Program-made: the position numbers and the translations under genes
Notes under the pieces: generated by a model
What the model saw: the letters and a program-made list of their open reading frames with translations, nothing else
Told to the model about the DNA's origin: nothing
Databases searched by the model: none
Source: Candidatus Bathyarchaeota archaeon
Lineage (GTDB): Archaea > Thermoproteota > Bathyarchaeia > Bathyarchaeales > Bathycorpusculaceae
DNA length: 64,000 nt
Direction: 5' to 3'
Assembly: GCA_963775685.1 (NCBI GenBank)
Contig: CAVZJV010000014.1
Coordinates: forward strand, 1,344,001 to 1,408,000
Shown: in pieces, positions 1 to 9,774 of the stretch
How the letters are laid out: the number at the start of each line of letters is the position of its first letter
Position numbering within the stretch: the first letter of the stretch is position 1

Positions 1-1
1 T

Positions 2-250
2 TTGGGTTATGTCGTTTTGGGTGATGTTTTGATTAGCAACGAAAGACTTTTGCTGATTGACGGAAGAATAAAAGAAGCTTTGGGTCAAGCTGATGAATTG
101 CCACTAAAAGAAGCAGCAAGAATAATTGAAAACGAAGGTGTAGACGACTCGGCCAATGTATTGGTTGTACTAGGTTACAAGATTACATGGCGAGGAATTA
201 ATGTAGATCAAGCTGAGGTCTCTAAGGTACCTGTGAAGCTTGGCTATTAG
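2..250 (+). CDS. 3' end of a hypothetical protein, truncated by the window edge
   Basis: Open frame from the window start to TAG at 248-250; no recognisable motif. Confidence 0.5.
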   Translation: MGYVVLGDVLISNERLLLIDGRIKEALGQADELPLKEAARIIENEGVDDSANVLVVLGYKITWRGINVDQAEVSKVPVKLGY

Positions 251-717
251 AAGCCAATTCGCTAAGTCTTAGGCGTTATTAATTTAATTTGACAAACGTA
301 GCATCTCTACCTTTTCGTAGATTTTATGTGAAACAATCTATGATTGCAGATACGCTGGAAACCGAGCAACTCATCACCGTTGTGTTTAAAACAAAAGGTC
401 ATTAAAAATAAACATGCCTGGCAAGATTTCAAAACAATACTGGGTGAATCGACAACCCTAAAATCAACAAGAATCCTGAAATCTTTCGAAAATTGGTTTA
501 GTCAAGCCCTTCAACCATAAGGCTGAGTCGGACAGGTCAACCCCAAATGTATACGATTCCCAACCATCGATCGCATGTTAGATTACGCTTCAAATTCGAT
601 CGAAGCATTCGCGTTAAAAGGGAATTCGAAACCGCGACTTCTGAACTGATAGAACTGATAGTTTATTTATCGTCGAGAAAAACAAATAATATATCGTTAA
701 TGTTGGTTGATGATATT

Positions 718-1461
718 ATGGAAAAAATAACTGATTATATAGAGAAACTGAGATCACTAAAAGACTGGGACAGTTTTCTGCTAAAAGAATCAGGGTGGCC
801 TGGTCCCCGAGGTAACTTGGAGTTGGCTCAAGCTTTTGCAGACCTTGGTGATGAATAAAAAATCAAAGAGTACCTTGCCATAAAAGTAGAAGATGCCCCC
901 GTTAATTCCGCCAAAGTTTTTTTGACTTTCTGCGGTGTAGTAGGACTCGGAACAGTGATTAACATGGGCAAACTGCAGTATTTGAAGCAACTTCGACAAT
1001 TCGCCTCGGATCCCCGCTGGAGAATCAGGGAAGCAGTGGCGATGGCTCTTCAGAGAGTTGGCGACGTAAACATCGATTTCCTTCTTCAAGAAATGGAAGA
1101 GTGGAGCAAAGGCAATTTCTTTGAAAAAAGAGCAGCGATAGCAGCACTTTGCGAACCTCGACTACTGACTTCTGACAAAGTTGTGAGTTCAGTTCTAAAT
1201 ATCCTCGACTATGTAACCACATCGTTTGGCAGTTCACAAGACAGGAACAGCGAAGACTTCGAAGTACTCAAGAAGGGATTGGCCTACTGCTGGAGCGTCG
1301 CTGTTGCAGCGTACCCTGAGGAAGGCAAGGAGTTAGTTGAGAGGTGGATTAGAAGCAGAGACAAAGATGTCATTTGGGTTATGAGGCAGAACCTTAAAAA
1401 GAACAGATTATTGAAAATGGACAATGAATGGATTTTGAGCCAGCTAAAACTACTTTATTAA
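718..1461 (+). pseudogene. HEAT-repeat-like protein interrupted by an in-frame TAA (856-858)
   Basis: Track ORFs 547..858 and 922..1461 share a frame and read GPRGNLELAQAFADLGDE*KIKEYLA...FLTFCGVVGLG; DPRWRIREAVAMAL is HEAT-like; ATG at 718. Confidence 0.7.
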
Positions 1462-1802
1462 AGGAAGACTCTTTAAAAAGTGGTGCTGGAGAATAGGTTT
1501 TCATTCTTTTCCGAAAGCCATCTAAACAAGAAATTCAGAGGGTAATTATTGAAATTCTCTTTTTTTAAGGCTCGAAAATTAATAGATATTTTGAGTTCTC
1601 TGGTCTACATGATTAGTTGTATGTGTTCAAATTAGCGGTGGAAAGGGGCTGCAAAGTTTTCGGTAAAGGATTCGCCACATAAGATTTCGGTTGATGACAT
1701 TAACTCTTACTTATAACCGAAACTTGATTTATGACTGGATGTGACTTTCAGCTGATTCCAAAAGGTTATTACTTTTCGGGAGTAAATGTTGTTTGGTCAG
1801 CT

Positions 1803-2359
1803 ATGAAGAAATGGGCAGTTCTAATAATTCCTTTTTTGGTTGCATTGTTTGTGATTCCATCCATTGTCTCATATTGGAATGATCTGCCTCAAACAAGCTA
1901 TAAGCTTGGCAACCAAATTAACGGCTTGCCCATCAATGGTCTTTCTCTCATTGTTTGGAACTACTTTGTCATCAACACCAGCCTACCAAATCTATCGCTG
2001 CCAACACTTCCTTTCGAACTTCAATATGTCGTCTTCAACGTTTCCGTATTAAATCTGGAAAACCAAGGAATCAACTTTAATCAGAGCGATGTTGAAAAAC
2101 AGCTTTCGCAAGCCACAAGCAAGTACCTCTACCTTGAGCTCGGAGCCAGCAACGGAGGAGGGGCTTCTTTTCCAAGAATTCCTAATGGCGACATTGATTG
2201 GTGGGTGTGGCATTAAGCGAACCGCCTACAAATATGGCGTCAAATGAGCGAATAGACGGCTTCATGTACTTCTTGAAAGATCAAGGTTTAGTTCCAAAAC
2301 AGTTGGTGTGCAAATCAATTTTTGAAACTAAACTTCTGTTCGTTGTACAATTAGACTAG
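1803..2359 (+). pseudogene. Membrane-anchored/secreted hypothetical protein with a frameshift near 2210-2230
   Basis: Signal-anchor MKKWAVLIIPFLVALFVI; a protein-like frame continues after the stop in another frame (MASNERIDGFMYFLKDQGLVPKQLVCK...VQLD*). Confidence 0.5.
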
Positions 2360-2720
2360 ATTGTAACAGTAAAAAACAGACAGCAAACGCCTTTAAGTCA
2401 TTAGGACCACGAGTGTAGTGCAACAAGCAAGAGCCTCAGAAGGGTGAAATTGCAGGTTTGGCAAGCCATGGGATGCATCAACAACCAACTGTTGGAATGA
2501 ATGCGGTTTTGCATGCTAACAACAATTAACTTCAGTCTTCCTGACGCTTCATGCTTGAGAAAAAGGATTCAACAAATACATAAAAACGAAATTGAGCTTA
2601 AGGTTCAGAACTCTATTATGGGGTTGACCCAAATTTGAATTGGCATATAGGATTAAGTTTAAGAAATTTTGCGGCAGTCTAATAAGCGAAATAAACCAAT
2701 CAATGGTTAAGGAGATCCTA

Positions 2721-4145
2721 TTGAAAGTCCTGTTTATTGAGCCGCCTAAAGATATTTGGTTTGTCATGGGCGAATACCTGCCGCCGCCTTATGGCATTAT
2801 CCAACTCGCTGCCTATCTGGAAAGAGAAACCAAAAATGTCCAAATAGAGATTCTGGATTGCAATGCGGAGAAAGTTGATTGGAAGAATATGGAGGAGCAT
2901 ATTGCCATTTCGAACCCAGATGTGGTGGCTTGTGCTTCTCTGGCCACATGCAACACTTATGCTGTCGTGAAAACTCTTGAAACCGCTAAACGCATCTCAA
3001 CAAAAGCCCTCACGATAACAGGCGGACAACACTTCACCGCAACAGCTCAAAATAGCCTCCAACTTTATCCAGAAATCGATGTCATCATCCGCAGCGAGGG
3101 GGAACAAACTCTAGCTGAATTGGTAAAAGCACATCAACGGGGATTAGGTTTCCAAAACATTTGTGGAATTTCTTTTAGGAGCGGCGGAAAGGTGATGCAT
3201 ACCCCTTCGAGACCTTTGATTGCAAACTTGGAGGATTTACCGTTTCCAGGTTACCACCTTGTAAAAGACAACATGCCAAAATACCACTTCTCCGTCATGG
3301 CAGGTAAAAGGGCACCTTACGCGCTAATTGAAGGAGCACGCGGATGCAACCACCAATGCACTTTTTGCACTCAGTGGCGACATTGGCAAGCCTGCTGGCG
3401 GCTCAAGCCGGCAAAGCGTATTGCAGACGAAATGGCTTATGTTAATAGGGAATTTGGAAGTGAAATGATTTGGCTAACCGACGACAACTTTGGAGCTGGA
3501 CAGCATCCCAAAGAAATCGCTGAAGAAATCATCGCCAAACAACTACCTGATGATGTAACTTGGTTTGTTCAGGCACGTTGTGACGACATTATCCGCAATA
3601 AGGACATTCTTCCAAGGTTGGCTAAATCAGGGTTAAGCTGGGTTTTGCTTGGGGTGGAGAATTCGAGTCCCGTCACGCTGGACTACTTCAAGAAAGGCAT
3701 TACACCCAATGATGCAAAGATAGCGGTGCGGTTGTTGCAAGAAAACGGTATCATGGCCCATGCCATGGTCATTATTGGCAACCGCAAAGAAACCCACCAA
3801 TCCATCCTCCGACTTCGAGAATTCACCAACGACTTAGACCCTGACTTTTTCATGTTCGGCATATTAACGCCTTTTCCTGGCACAGAAGTTTACGCCGAGG
3901 CAGAACGCAATGGATGGATTGAGGACCACAATTGGAGCCATTACGACATGATTCATGCAATCATGCCAACTAAAACGCTTTCCACCCATCAGATACAAGA
4001 AGAGCTCTATGGCTGCTACCACGACTTCTACGGCTCATGGAGCAGGCGATTCCACGGGTTATTCTCAAGCAATCCGATGAAGCGGCGAACATTTAGGCAC
4101 ATGGTAAATTGGGGCGTACTGGGCAAAATAAAATCGATGTTCTGA
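2721..4145 (+). CDS. Cobalamin-binding (class B) radical SAM protein
   Basis: N-terminal B12-binding-like region (PPYGIIQLAAYL, GGQHFT), CNHQCTFC cluster motif; TTG start after an AAGGAG RBS. Confidence 0.9.
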   Translation: MKVLFIEPPKDIWFVMGEYLPPPYGIIQLAAYLERETKNVQIEILDCNAEKVDWKNMEEHIAISNPDVVACASLATCNTYAVVKTLETAKRISTKALTITGGQHFTATAQNSLQLYPEIDVIIRSEGEQTLAELVKAHQRGLGFQNICGISFRSGGKVMHTPSRPLIANLEDLPFPGYHLVKDNMPKYHFSVMAGKRAPYALIEGARGCNHQCTFCTQWRHWQACWRLKPAKRIADEMAYVNREFGSEMIWLTDDNFGAGQHPKEIAEEIIAKQLPDDVTWFVQARCDDIIRNKDILPRLAKSGLSWVLLGVENSSPVTLDYFKKGITPNDAKIAVRLLQENGIMAHAMVIIGNRKETHQSILRLREFTNDLDPDFFMFGILTPFPGTEVYAEAERNGWIEDHNWSHYDMIHAIMPTKTLSTHQIQEELYGCYHDFYGSWSRRFHGLFSSNPMKRRTFRHMVNWGVLGKIKSMF

Positions 4146-4154
4146 GGTGAAAAA

Positions 4155-4844
4155 TTGCTACAATCTGAGCCATCAAGGTTTTTCTCGCTGTTTTTGGTGG
4201 CTGTTTCAGTTTTTGGGTTAGCTCTTGTCCCGCTTCTTTTGTTTCAGCCTAACCTGCAAGTTGACCAGTCGCCTTTTCGACGCCCTCTCGTAGGCTCCTT
4301 ATACAGTGTAGTCTGCATCGTGGGCGTAGTTGCGGTGTTTTATCCTAGCAAATGCCGCATGATGTTCCAAAAACCGAACTTTTCTCACGACATTACAAAA
4401 GTATCAGTTTCGGTACAGATTAAGGGGCACCATCCTGACTGTGAAGGGTTTTCAGCTAATCGAATCACAATCAGGGGCGCGGTCTTTTGTGCCGCGTGCA
4501 GTGGCTTGTTGATAGGGGCAATAGCTGCCATAGCGGCGGCTGTTTTGTTTTCTTTAGGATTTTTCGGTTTGGGAGTTGGAAGCCTGTTGGTTCTGACGAC
4601 TGGGGAAGTTTTGATGCTTGTGGGATTGACTCAAATAAAGCTGAAAGGTTTTGTCAAAATGGCGGTGAATACTCTGTTTGTGGTTGGGTCGTGCATTACT
4701 TTGGTTGTGGTGGATTTAGCTGGGCAGAGCTTGCTGGTTGATGGTTATGTCCTTGTGTTAATTGTTTTTGTGTTGTGGTTTAGGATTTTTCTCTCCGAAT
4801 GGAACAATAAAAAAATTTGTGTTGTTTGTGGACGCTGCGTTTAA
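4155..4844 (+). CDS. Multi-pass membrane protein with Cys/His motifs
   Basis: Several hydrophobic helices; GHHPDC, CAAC and terminal CVVCGRC; GAGGTGA RBS overlapping the upstream stop. Confidence 0.75.
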   Translation: MLQSEPSRFFSLFLVAVSVFGLALVPLLLFQPNLQVDQSPFRRPLVGSLYSVVCIVGVVAVFYPSKCRMMFQKPNFSHDITKVSVSVQIKGHHPDCEGFSANRITIRGAVFCAACSGLLIGAIAAIAAAVLFSLGFFGLGVGSLLVLTTGEVLMLVGLTQIKLKGFVKMAVNTLFVVGSCITLVVVDLAGQSLLVDGYVLVLIVFVLWFRIFLSEWNNKKICVVCGRCV

Positions 4845-5200
4845 GTGGGGTTAAATGGGCGTTGGTTATACCGCCTTTGTCTGGAGAGCGCGCCTATCAA
4901 GAGTAGTATGCCGAAAATAATTATTATGAATGGCCATAAATATTGCCAGAAATTTATCGATATGCCGTAGGTAACTTGCAAGAACAAACCTAACCCGACA
5001 AAAATTATGATGACACCTATGATGATGCCCACAATCATGCCGCCATTGGGCAAGCCAAAGCATTCGTTTTCCACTCGACGGTAATGTTCTCGGTCACTTC
5101 CAGGATAGCGTTGACCGACCGTGTATAGGGGTGCACCGCAGTTTGAGCATACGGTGTTTGTGTCGGGGTTTTGGATGCCACATCTGCTACAATAAACCAT
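4841..5200 (-). CDS. Zinc-ribbon membrane protein
   Basis: CSRCG...CSNCG zinc ribbon followed by two TM helices. Confidence 0.8.
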   Translation of the reverse strand: MVYCSRCGIQNPDTNTVCSNCGAPLYTVGQRYPGSDREHYRRVENECFGLPNGGMIVGIIIGVIIIFVGLGLFLQVTYGISINFWQYLWPFIIIIFGILLLIGALSRQRRYNQRPFNPT

Positions 5201-5388
5201 TAGAATTCCTCATTCAAGAGTACCCTTGATTTGGTTTTTAAGATTTGCGGTAGCAAAAAATTCAGGATGGCTAAATGCCCAAATTTGAGCCAGAGCTTAT
5301 AGGTCAAAGTCTAAGCATAGACCTATCCAGTTTCACCCCTAGTATTTTTCTGATATTGGCTATTTCCATAAAGAAAATGAAAAATTAT

Positions 5389-5526
5389 TGGTGCCGGGGA
5401 CGGGATTCGAGCCCGCGACTTCTGGTTGTAGGCGCTTGCCCCTTGCAAACTCCAGATTTCTCATCTGGATTTTTCCATTGTCCAGATTATGAGTCTGGCG
5501 CCCTAGCCAGGCTAGGCTACCCCGGC
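5389..5526 (-). tRNA. tRNA-Met(CAT), elongator-type, with encoded CCA and two 30-nt introns (37/38 at 5458-5487; 45/46 at 5420-5449)
   Basis: Acceptor GCCGGGG/CCCCGGC, anticodon stem CCAGA/TCTGG with CT-CAT-A, T-arm GCGGG-CTCGAAT-CCCGT, ACCA end; bulge-helix-bulge motifs at the introns; splices to 78 nt. Confidence 0.92.
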
Positions 5527-5967
5527 ACGTTGCCTCTCGGTTTTTGGGCCGATGCCATTTTAGTTTATTTGCCTTCATTTAAACCTTAAGATTTCCCAAC
5601 AAAATATCCCGATTCTGTAAACTAAGTTTCTGCAGCGGGGTCGCCTCGGGATCAAACTCTTAAAAGTTACAAGGCATTATGTTCGAGCATGAGGCTGAGA
5701 ATCTATCTTCTACTTAGAAGTTGTGGTAGTTATGTCAGCCTATAGCTCGTTTCGCCAGAGTTTGGACCGCTTGTGGCAACTTACACAACCAGAGAACAAT
5801 CCAAATCTAATCCTGACAACAAAATGAAGTTTTTAGCGAAAATCGCTGGTTGTTGTAAAAAGAGAGATTTCTGCCACAACTACTAAAGAAAAAATGTCGC
5901 ATTCAATCCTTAATGTTTGTATCAATAAATTTATTGGATTGAAAACTCAAATAGGGTTGGTGATTGT

Positions 5968-6564
5968 ATGTCTTCAGACAATGATGATTATCCTGAATGG
6001 TTCAAGAAGCGCCGCAGTTCATCGAAGGATCCATTCAGCAACATTGATGAAATGTTCCGGGAAATGGAGAAGATGATGGATGAGGAACTCAAAAACTTCA
6101 CCGAAAAAGTTCCTAAAGAATACGTTAAGGAACGCAAGTTGCCTGATGGCAGCATGGTTAAGGAGCTTGGACCATTTGTTTATGGTTACAGCATGAAAAT
6201 TGGTTCCGACGGCAAACCTGATATCCAGGAATTTGGCAACATCAAAAAAGGCCTTAAGGGAACTCCGCAGGTTAAGGAAGAACGTGAACCACTCGTGGAC
6301 ATCGTGGAAACCAACGAAGACATCCATGTTGTCGTTGAATTGCCAGGTGTAGAGAAAACCGAAATAAAACTACACGGAACCGAGGATTCCTTGGAAATTT
6401 CGGTTGATACGCCACAGTATAAGTACTACAAGGAAGTAGAGTTGCCCGCTAAAGTCAAAGTTAAAGAGGCAAACTCCACCTACAAAAACGGTGTCTTAGA
6501 AGTGGTGCTTCCAAAAACTGATGCATCAGGCAAACCTAAAGGCGAACCAATCGACATAGTGTAA
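5968..6564 (+). CDS. hsp20: Small heat-shock protein (archaeal Hsp20)
   Basis: GPFVYGYS, EREPLVDI, VELPGV, YKNGVLEV alpha-crystallin motifs. Confidence 0.93.
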   Translation: MSSDNDDYPEWFKKRRSSSKDPFSNIDEMFREMEKMMDEELKNFTEKVPKEYVKERKLPDGSMVKELGPFVYGYSMKIGSDGKPDIQEFGNIKKGLKGTPQVKEEREPLVDIVETNEDIHVVVELPGVEKTEIKLHGTEDSLEISVDTPQYKYYKEVELPAKVKVKEANSTYKNGVLEVVLPKTDASGKPKGEPIDIV

Positions 6565-6607
6565 AGCCTAAAAACCCTGACTCACTATCCGTATAGTAGC
6601 TAGTGTA

Positions 6608-7021
6608 ATGATGAGCGGCAATTCAGAAATTGACACCCTAAACGCTATTTGCAGAGAAGCTAAAGCAGTAGGCAAACTGTCGGGTAACAACTTAACAGAG
6701 CTCTACGAGCTTTTTGGACCACGATTCATCAAGTCTCTTGACGCGGTTAAGGAGGGCAGAGTCAAAAAATATGTTTTTAAGTCCAGCGGCAGAATTGTGT
6801 GGATTGTGGTTGGCCGAGAACGCGACTATCTTATTATGCCTGAAGCGGAATTCTGTACCTGCGATGACTTCTACTTTCGCGTACTAGACAAGAAGGTTCA
6901 CATGTGTTATCACCTTTTGACTCAGAAAATCGCGGCGAACTTGGGTTGGTTTAAGACCATAGAGGAAAACGACGAGTGCTTTGACATGTTGATGAATGAA
7001 TGGAAAAAAGCTACCGAATAA
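6608..7021 (+). CDS. SWIM zinc-finger protein
   Basis: FCTCDDF...CYH (CxC-xn-CxH). Confidence 0.8.
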   Translation: MMSGNSEIDTLNAICREAKAVGKLSGNNLTELYELFGPRFIKSLDAVKEGRVKKYVFKSSGRIVWIVVGRERDYLIMPEAEFCTCDDFYFRVLDKKVHMCYHLLTQKIAANLGWFKTIEENDECFDMLMNEWKKATE

Positions 7022-7579
7022 ACAAGAAGGCCCAATTAGCCAAAGAAAAATATAGTTATGGCTGATTTGCAAGGCACTTAGCTGCTTTATTTGGGGTACT
7101 AAAATTTTTGATGTTACTGCCCACACTCTGGCGGAACCGTTTGTCAATATGACATTTTTTAGGTTTTCAGCGCCTTAGCTGCTGACACTTTAACGAAGGG
7201 TGTGTTGTTCTTGGCAAATTGCATTTCAACGTTTACAACGTTCATGGTTACTTCAGCGTTTGTTCCGTCGATTAATAAACGAACGCTTTTAGGGGCATTG
7301 TCGCTATTTGCTTTTGAGCTTTCTTATTGTATCGATAACGTGCCGCAATTTCGCCTTAGATAAGTCAACAACGGTTATGATTTTTCCTATGGAGATTGAA
7401 CTTTAAAATTGACGAACCCCCTTATCATCGAGTATTACAAAAATAATTCAAAAATTGTTACGTAAAATATCCTGAATCAGCTCAGGGAAAATGAAAGTTG
7501 AACGATTGATGCTCTTGCTCAGCTTTAGATTTAAATATGAAGATGCTACAACATTAGGTTATTACAAGGAGAACCTCTG

Positions 7580-7702
7580 ATGGATCTAGGCGCATATTTC
7601 ATAACCCTTCAATATGTCCTGATGGGCTCAGTGTTTATGGCTCTACTACTCATCTTCCTGTACGCTTACTATGGCAAGGAAGAAGAGAAAACAAGCGATT
7701 AA
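7580..7702 (+). CDS. 40-aa single-pass membrane microprotein (not in the ORF track)
   Basis: AAGGAG RBS, ATG, MDLGAYFITLQYVLMGSVFMALLLIFLYAYYGKEEEKTSD*, then a T-rich tract. Confidence 0.6.
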   Translation: MDLGAYFITLQYVLMGSVFMALLLIFLYAYYGKEEEKTSD

Positions 7703-7715
7703 ACACCCTTTCTTT

Positions 7716-8012
7716 TTAATTGCTAAACCTTCTATTTCGTCTATTCATAACCAGAAACAAAATTATGCTGATAACCGTTAGGATTATACTGATCACTATA
7801 AGCAAGCCAGCATCAGGTCCAGCGCCAAAAACAATCGGAATCGGACCAATCAAAATCACGCCACCAACACTTCCTGACCTACCCAAAACCTCGGAAGCTA
7901 TAATCAAAACTGCTAAGCCAACAAAAACCAACGTTATGCCTAAAAGCAAAAAACCCAAAATGCGACTGGATATTCCGACTCCTTCTTGAGTTGTTTCCTC
8001 ATCACTCAACAA
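7716..8012 (-). CDS. DUF131-type small membrane protein
   Basis: GGVILIGPIPIVFG signature between two TM helices. Confidence 0.8.
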   Translation of the reverse strand: MLSDEETTQEGVGISSRILGFLLLGITLVFVGLAVLIIASEVLGRSGSVGGVILIGPIPIVFGAGPDAGLLIVISIILTVISIILFLVMNRRNRRFSN

Positions 8013-8018
8013 GCCAGG

Positions 8019-8294
8019 CTACCTCAACAACCAATAATTCACAACTATAATTATTAAGACAACCATGGTGAGAACTAAAGCCAGCGCCAACACCGCCTTA
8101 ACTGATTTTTTGTCTGTTCCAAAAATTATCGGAACGGGACCAATCATGATTACTCCCGAGCCAAGAACCTTACCTTTTTTTGCGCCACCCATGGAAGCGA
8201 GAAGGATTGCGGCAACAATGACTATGATTCCGACAACAATCAGGGCTATTCCGAATGCATAAAAAACCGCAAGGGTCATTTTTTGCCTCCCCAA
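8019..8294 (-). CDS. DUF131-type small membrane protein (tandem paralog); probable start ATG at 8279
   Basis: GVIMIGPVPIIFGTD signature. Confidence 0.8.
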   Translation of the reverse strand: MGRQKMTLAVFYAFGIALIVVGIIVIVAAILLASMGGAKKGKVLGSGVIMIGPVPIIFGTDKKSVKAVLALALVLTMVVLIIIVVNYWLLR

Positions 8295-8397
8295 ACCGAG
8301 ATAAAAATGAAACAGCCTTTGTAATAAACGTAGCCAGCAATCCTTTTAGAATGCAAAAAATTAAAAGCGTCAGCCTTCTTTATCGTGTCGGCGCAAG

Positions 8398-9249
8398 ATG
8401 ACCACGCAAGACCTAATCCAGGAAATCCAGAGGCAAAACCCAACCATCAGCCAAGAGCAAATCCAAGAAAGGTTGCAGGCTGAAAGAACCAGAACAGGCG
8501 GTCTTCTTAGCGACGAAACGCTACTGCGTCTGATTGCAGCTAAATTTGGTGTTGCGGTCAAACAGAAAACGATCCATAACAACGGAATCCTGTCAACCAG
8601 CCGGTTGTTTGCAGGTCTGTATGACGTTACAGTAGCAGGCAGATTAATCGCGGTTTTTCCTGCAAAAACCTTTCAGGGAGCAGAAAAATCAGGCAAATTT
8701 GCCACTATGATGCTCGCTGATAAAGAGGGGATTTTAAGGGTGGTTCTGTGGGATGCAAAAGCTGAGCTGGTTGAGAAAGGCGAGCTCAAAGCGGGGCAAG
8801 CGGTTCGACTTATGCACGGGTACACAAAGCAGGACCGCCAGGGCAAAACAGAGCTACATCTTGGCAACAAGAGCCAAATTGAACCCCAACCTGAAACAGA
8901 AGATAACGGTTATTACTCTATCGAAAAATTTATAACAAAAATCCAAACCCTCACAGTCAATTCAGGGAATGTTCACCTTTCAGGAACGGTGAAGGCAGTT
9001 TTAGGCAAGAAATCTTTTTCTCGAAACGATGACAACGACGGCATAGTTATGCGTTTAGCTTTAAGGGATGATTCAGGCGAAGTCATAGTGGTGGTTTGGA
9101 ACAAGAAGGTTGCTGAAGTGGAAATGATTACGAGGGAGAAACCGGCATTGTTATTGGTTAATGCAAGGGTTAAGGAGGCGAAGGGCGGTAACGTAGAAGT
9201 GCATGTTGACTCCAGCACCTTCGTTGGTTCCCAAGCAGTTAAAGGCTAA
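8398..9249 (+). CDS. rpa: Replication protein A-like OB-fold ssDNA-binding protein
   Basis: N-terminal GGLLSDETLLRLIA region and two OB folds (LADKEGILRVVLWD; LRDDSGEVIVVVWN). Confidence 0.82.
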   Translation: MTTQDLIQEIQRQNPTISQEQIQERLQAERTRTGGLLSDETLLRLIAAKFGVAVKQKTIHNNGILSTSRLFAGLYDVTVAGRLIAVFPAKTFQGAEKSGKFATMMLADKEGILRVVLWDAKAELVEKGELKAGQAVRLMHGYTKQDRQGKTELHLGNKSQIEPQPETEDNGYYSIEKFITKIQTLTVNSGNVHLSGTVKAVLGKKSFSRNDDNDGIVMRLALRDDSGEVIVVVWNKKVAEVEMITREKPALLLVNARVKEAKGGNVEVHVDSSTFVGSQAVKG

Positions 9250-9467
9250 AAAAATACACCTGGAATAGGAATGCCCAGTTCGACAGCACCTCTTTAGCAT
9301 CTGTTTGGAAATAAAGAGAAACAGTCAAAGAAAATCGAAGTTGCCTACTGGAGATATTACGGCACAAAGAAATAATTCGAGGCAATCTAACATAAGTCTA
9401 ACTTTAGGAAAAAGCATAGCGTCTATCTTTTTAAAGAAAAGAAGTAATGGAGCATTGTAAGATAATC

Positions 9468-9674
9468 TTAGCTCGCTTCAACAACGAAAGCTATTTTGAC
9501 TACTGCTCTATATTCTGCAATTTTATTGTTTTCCACTGTTGCTTTGCAGCTTTTAACATAAACAGATTTAATGTTTTTAACTGTCTTTGCCGCTTGTGCC
9601 AAAGCATTCTTAGTAGCGTCTTCCCAATTATTTGGTGAAGTTCCAATTAGCTCAATTATTTTCACAACAGCCAT
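9468..9674 (-). CDS. Dodecin family protein
   Basis: 68 aa; KIIELIGTSPNNWEDA...EYRAVVKIAF. Confidence 0.9.
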   Translation of the reverse strand: MAVVKIIELIGTSPNNWEDATKNALAQAAKTVKNIKSVYVKSCKATVENNKIAEYRAVVKIAFVVEAS

Positions 9675-9774
9675 TTATTCTACTCTCCAACATAATTATC
9701 AACCCAACCAGAGAATAAGAACATGTGTGACTACAAAAAAGATACAACAAGTCATCAACAACAGATTTTTGCCT

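Noticed and set aside
856-858. In-frame stops (TAA 856, TAA 10580, TGA 11118) as evidence of recoding or selenocysteine
   Set aside because: The stop types are mixed, two of the three genes also have frameshifts, and all three stop codons end normal genes in this window; pseudogenisation is the simpler explanation.
5275-5589. Track ORFs 5275..5589 (+) and 5360..5578 (-)
   Set aside because: Both overlap the tRNA-Met gene and have no protein-like features.
7030-7400. Protein-like broken frames on the minus strand (also at 30850-31130)
   Set aside because: Probably gene remnants, but no family could be recognised, so they were not called.
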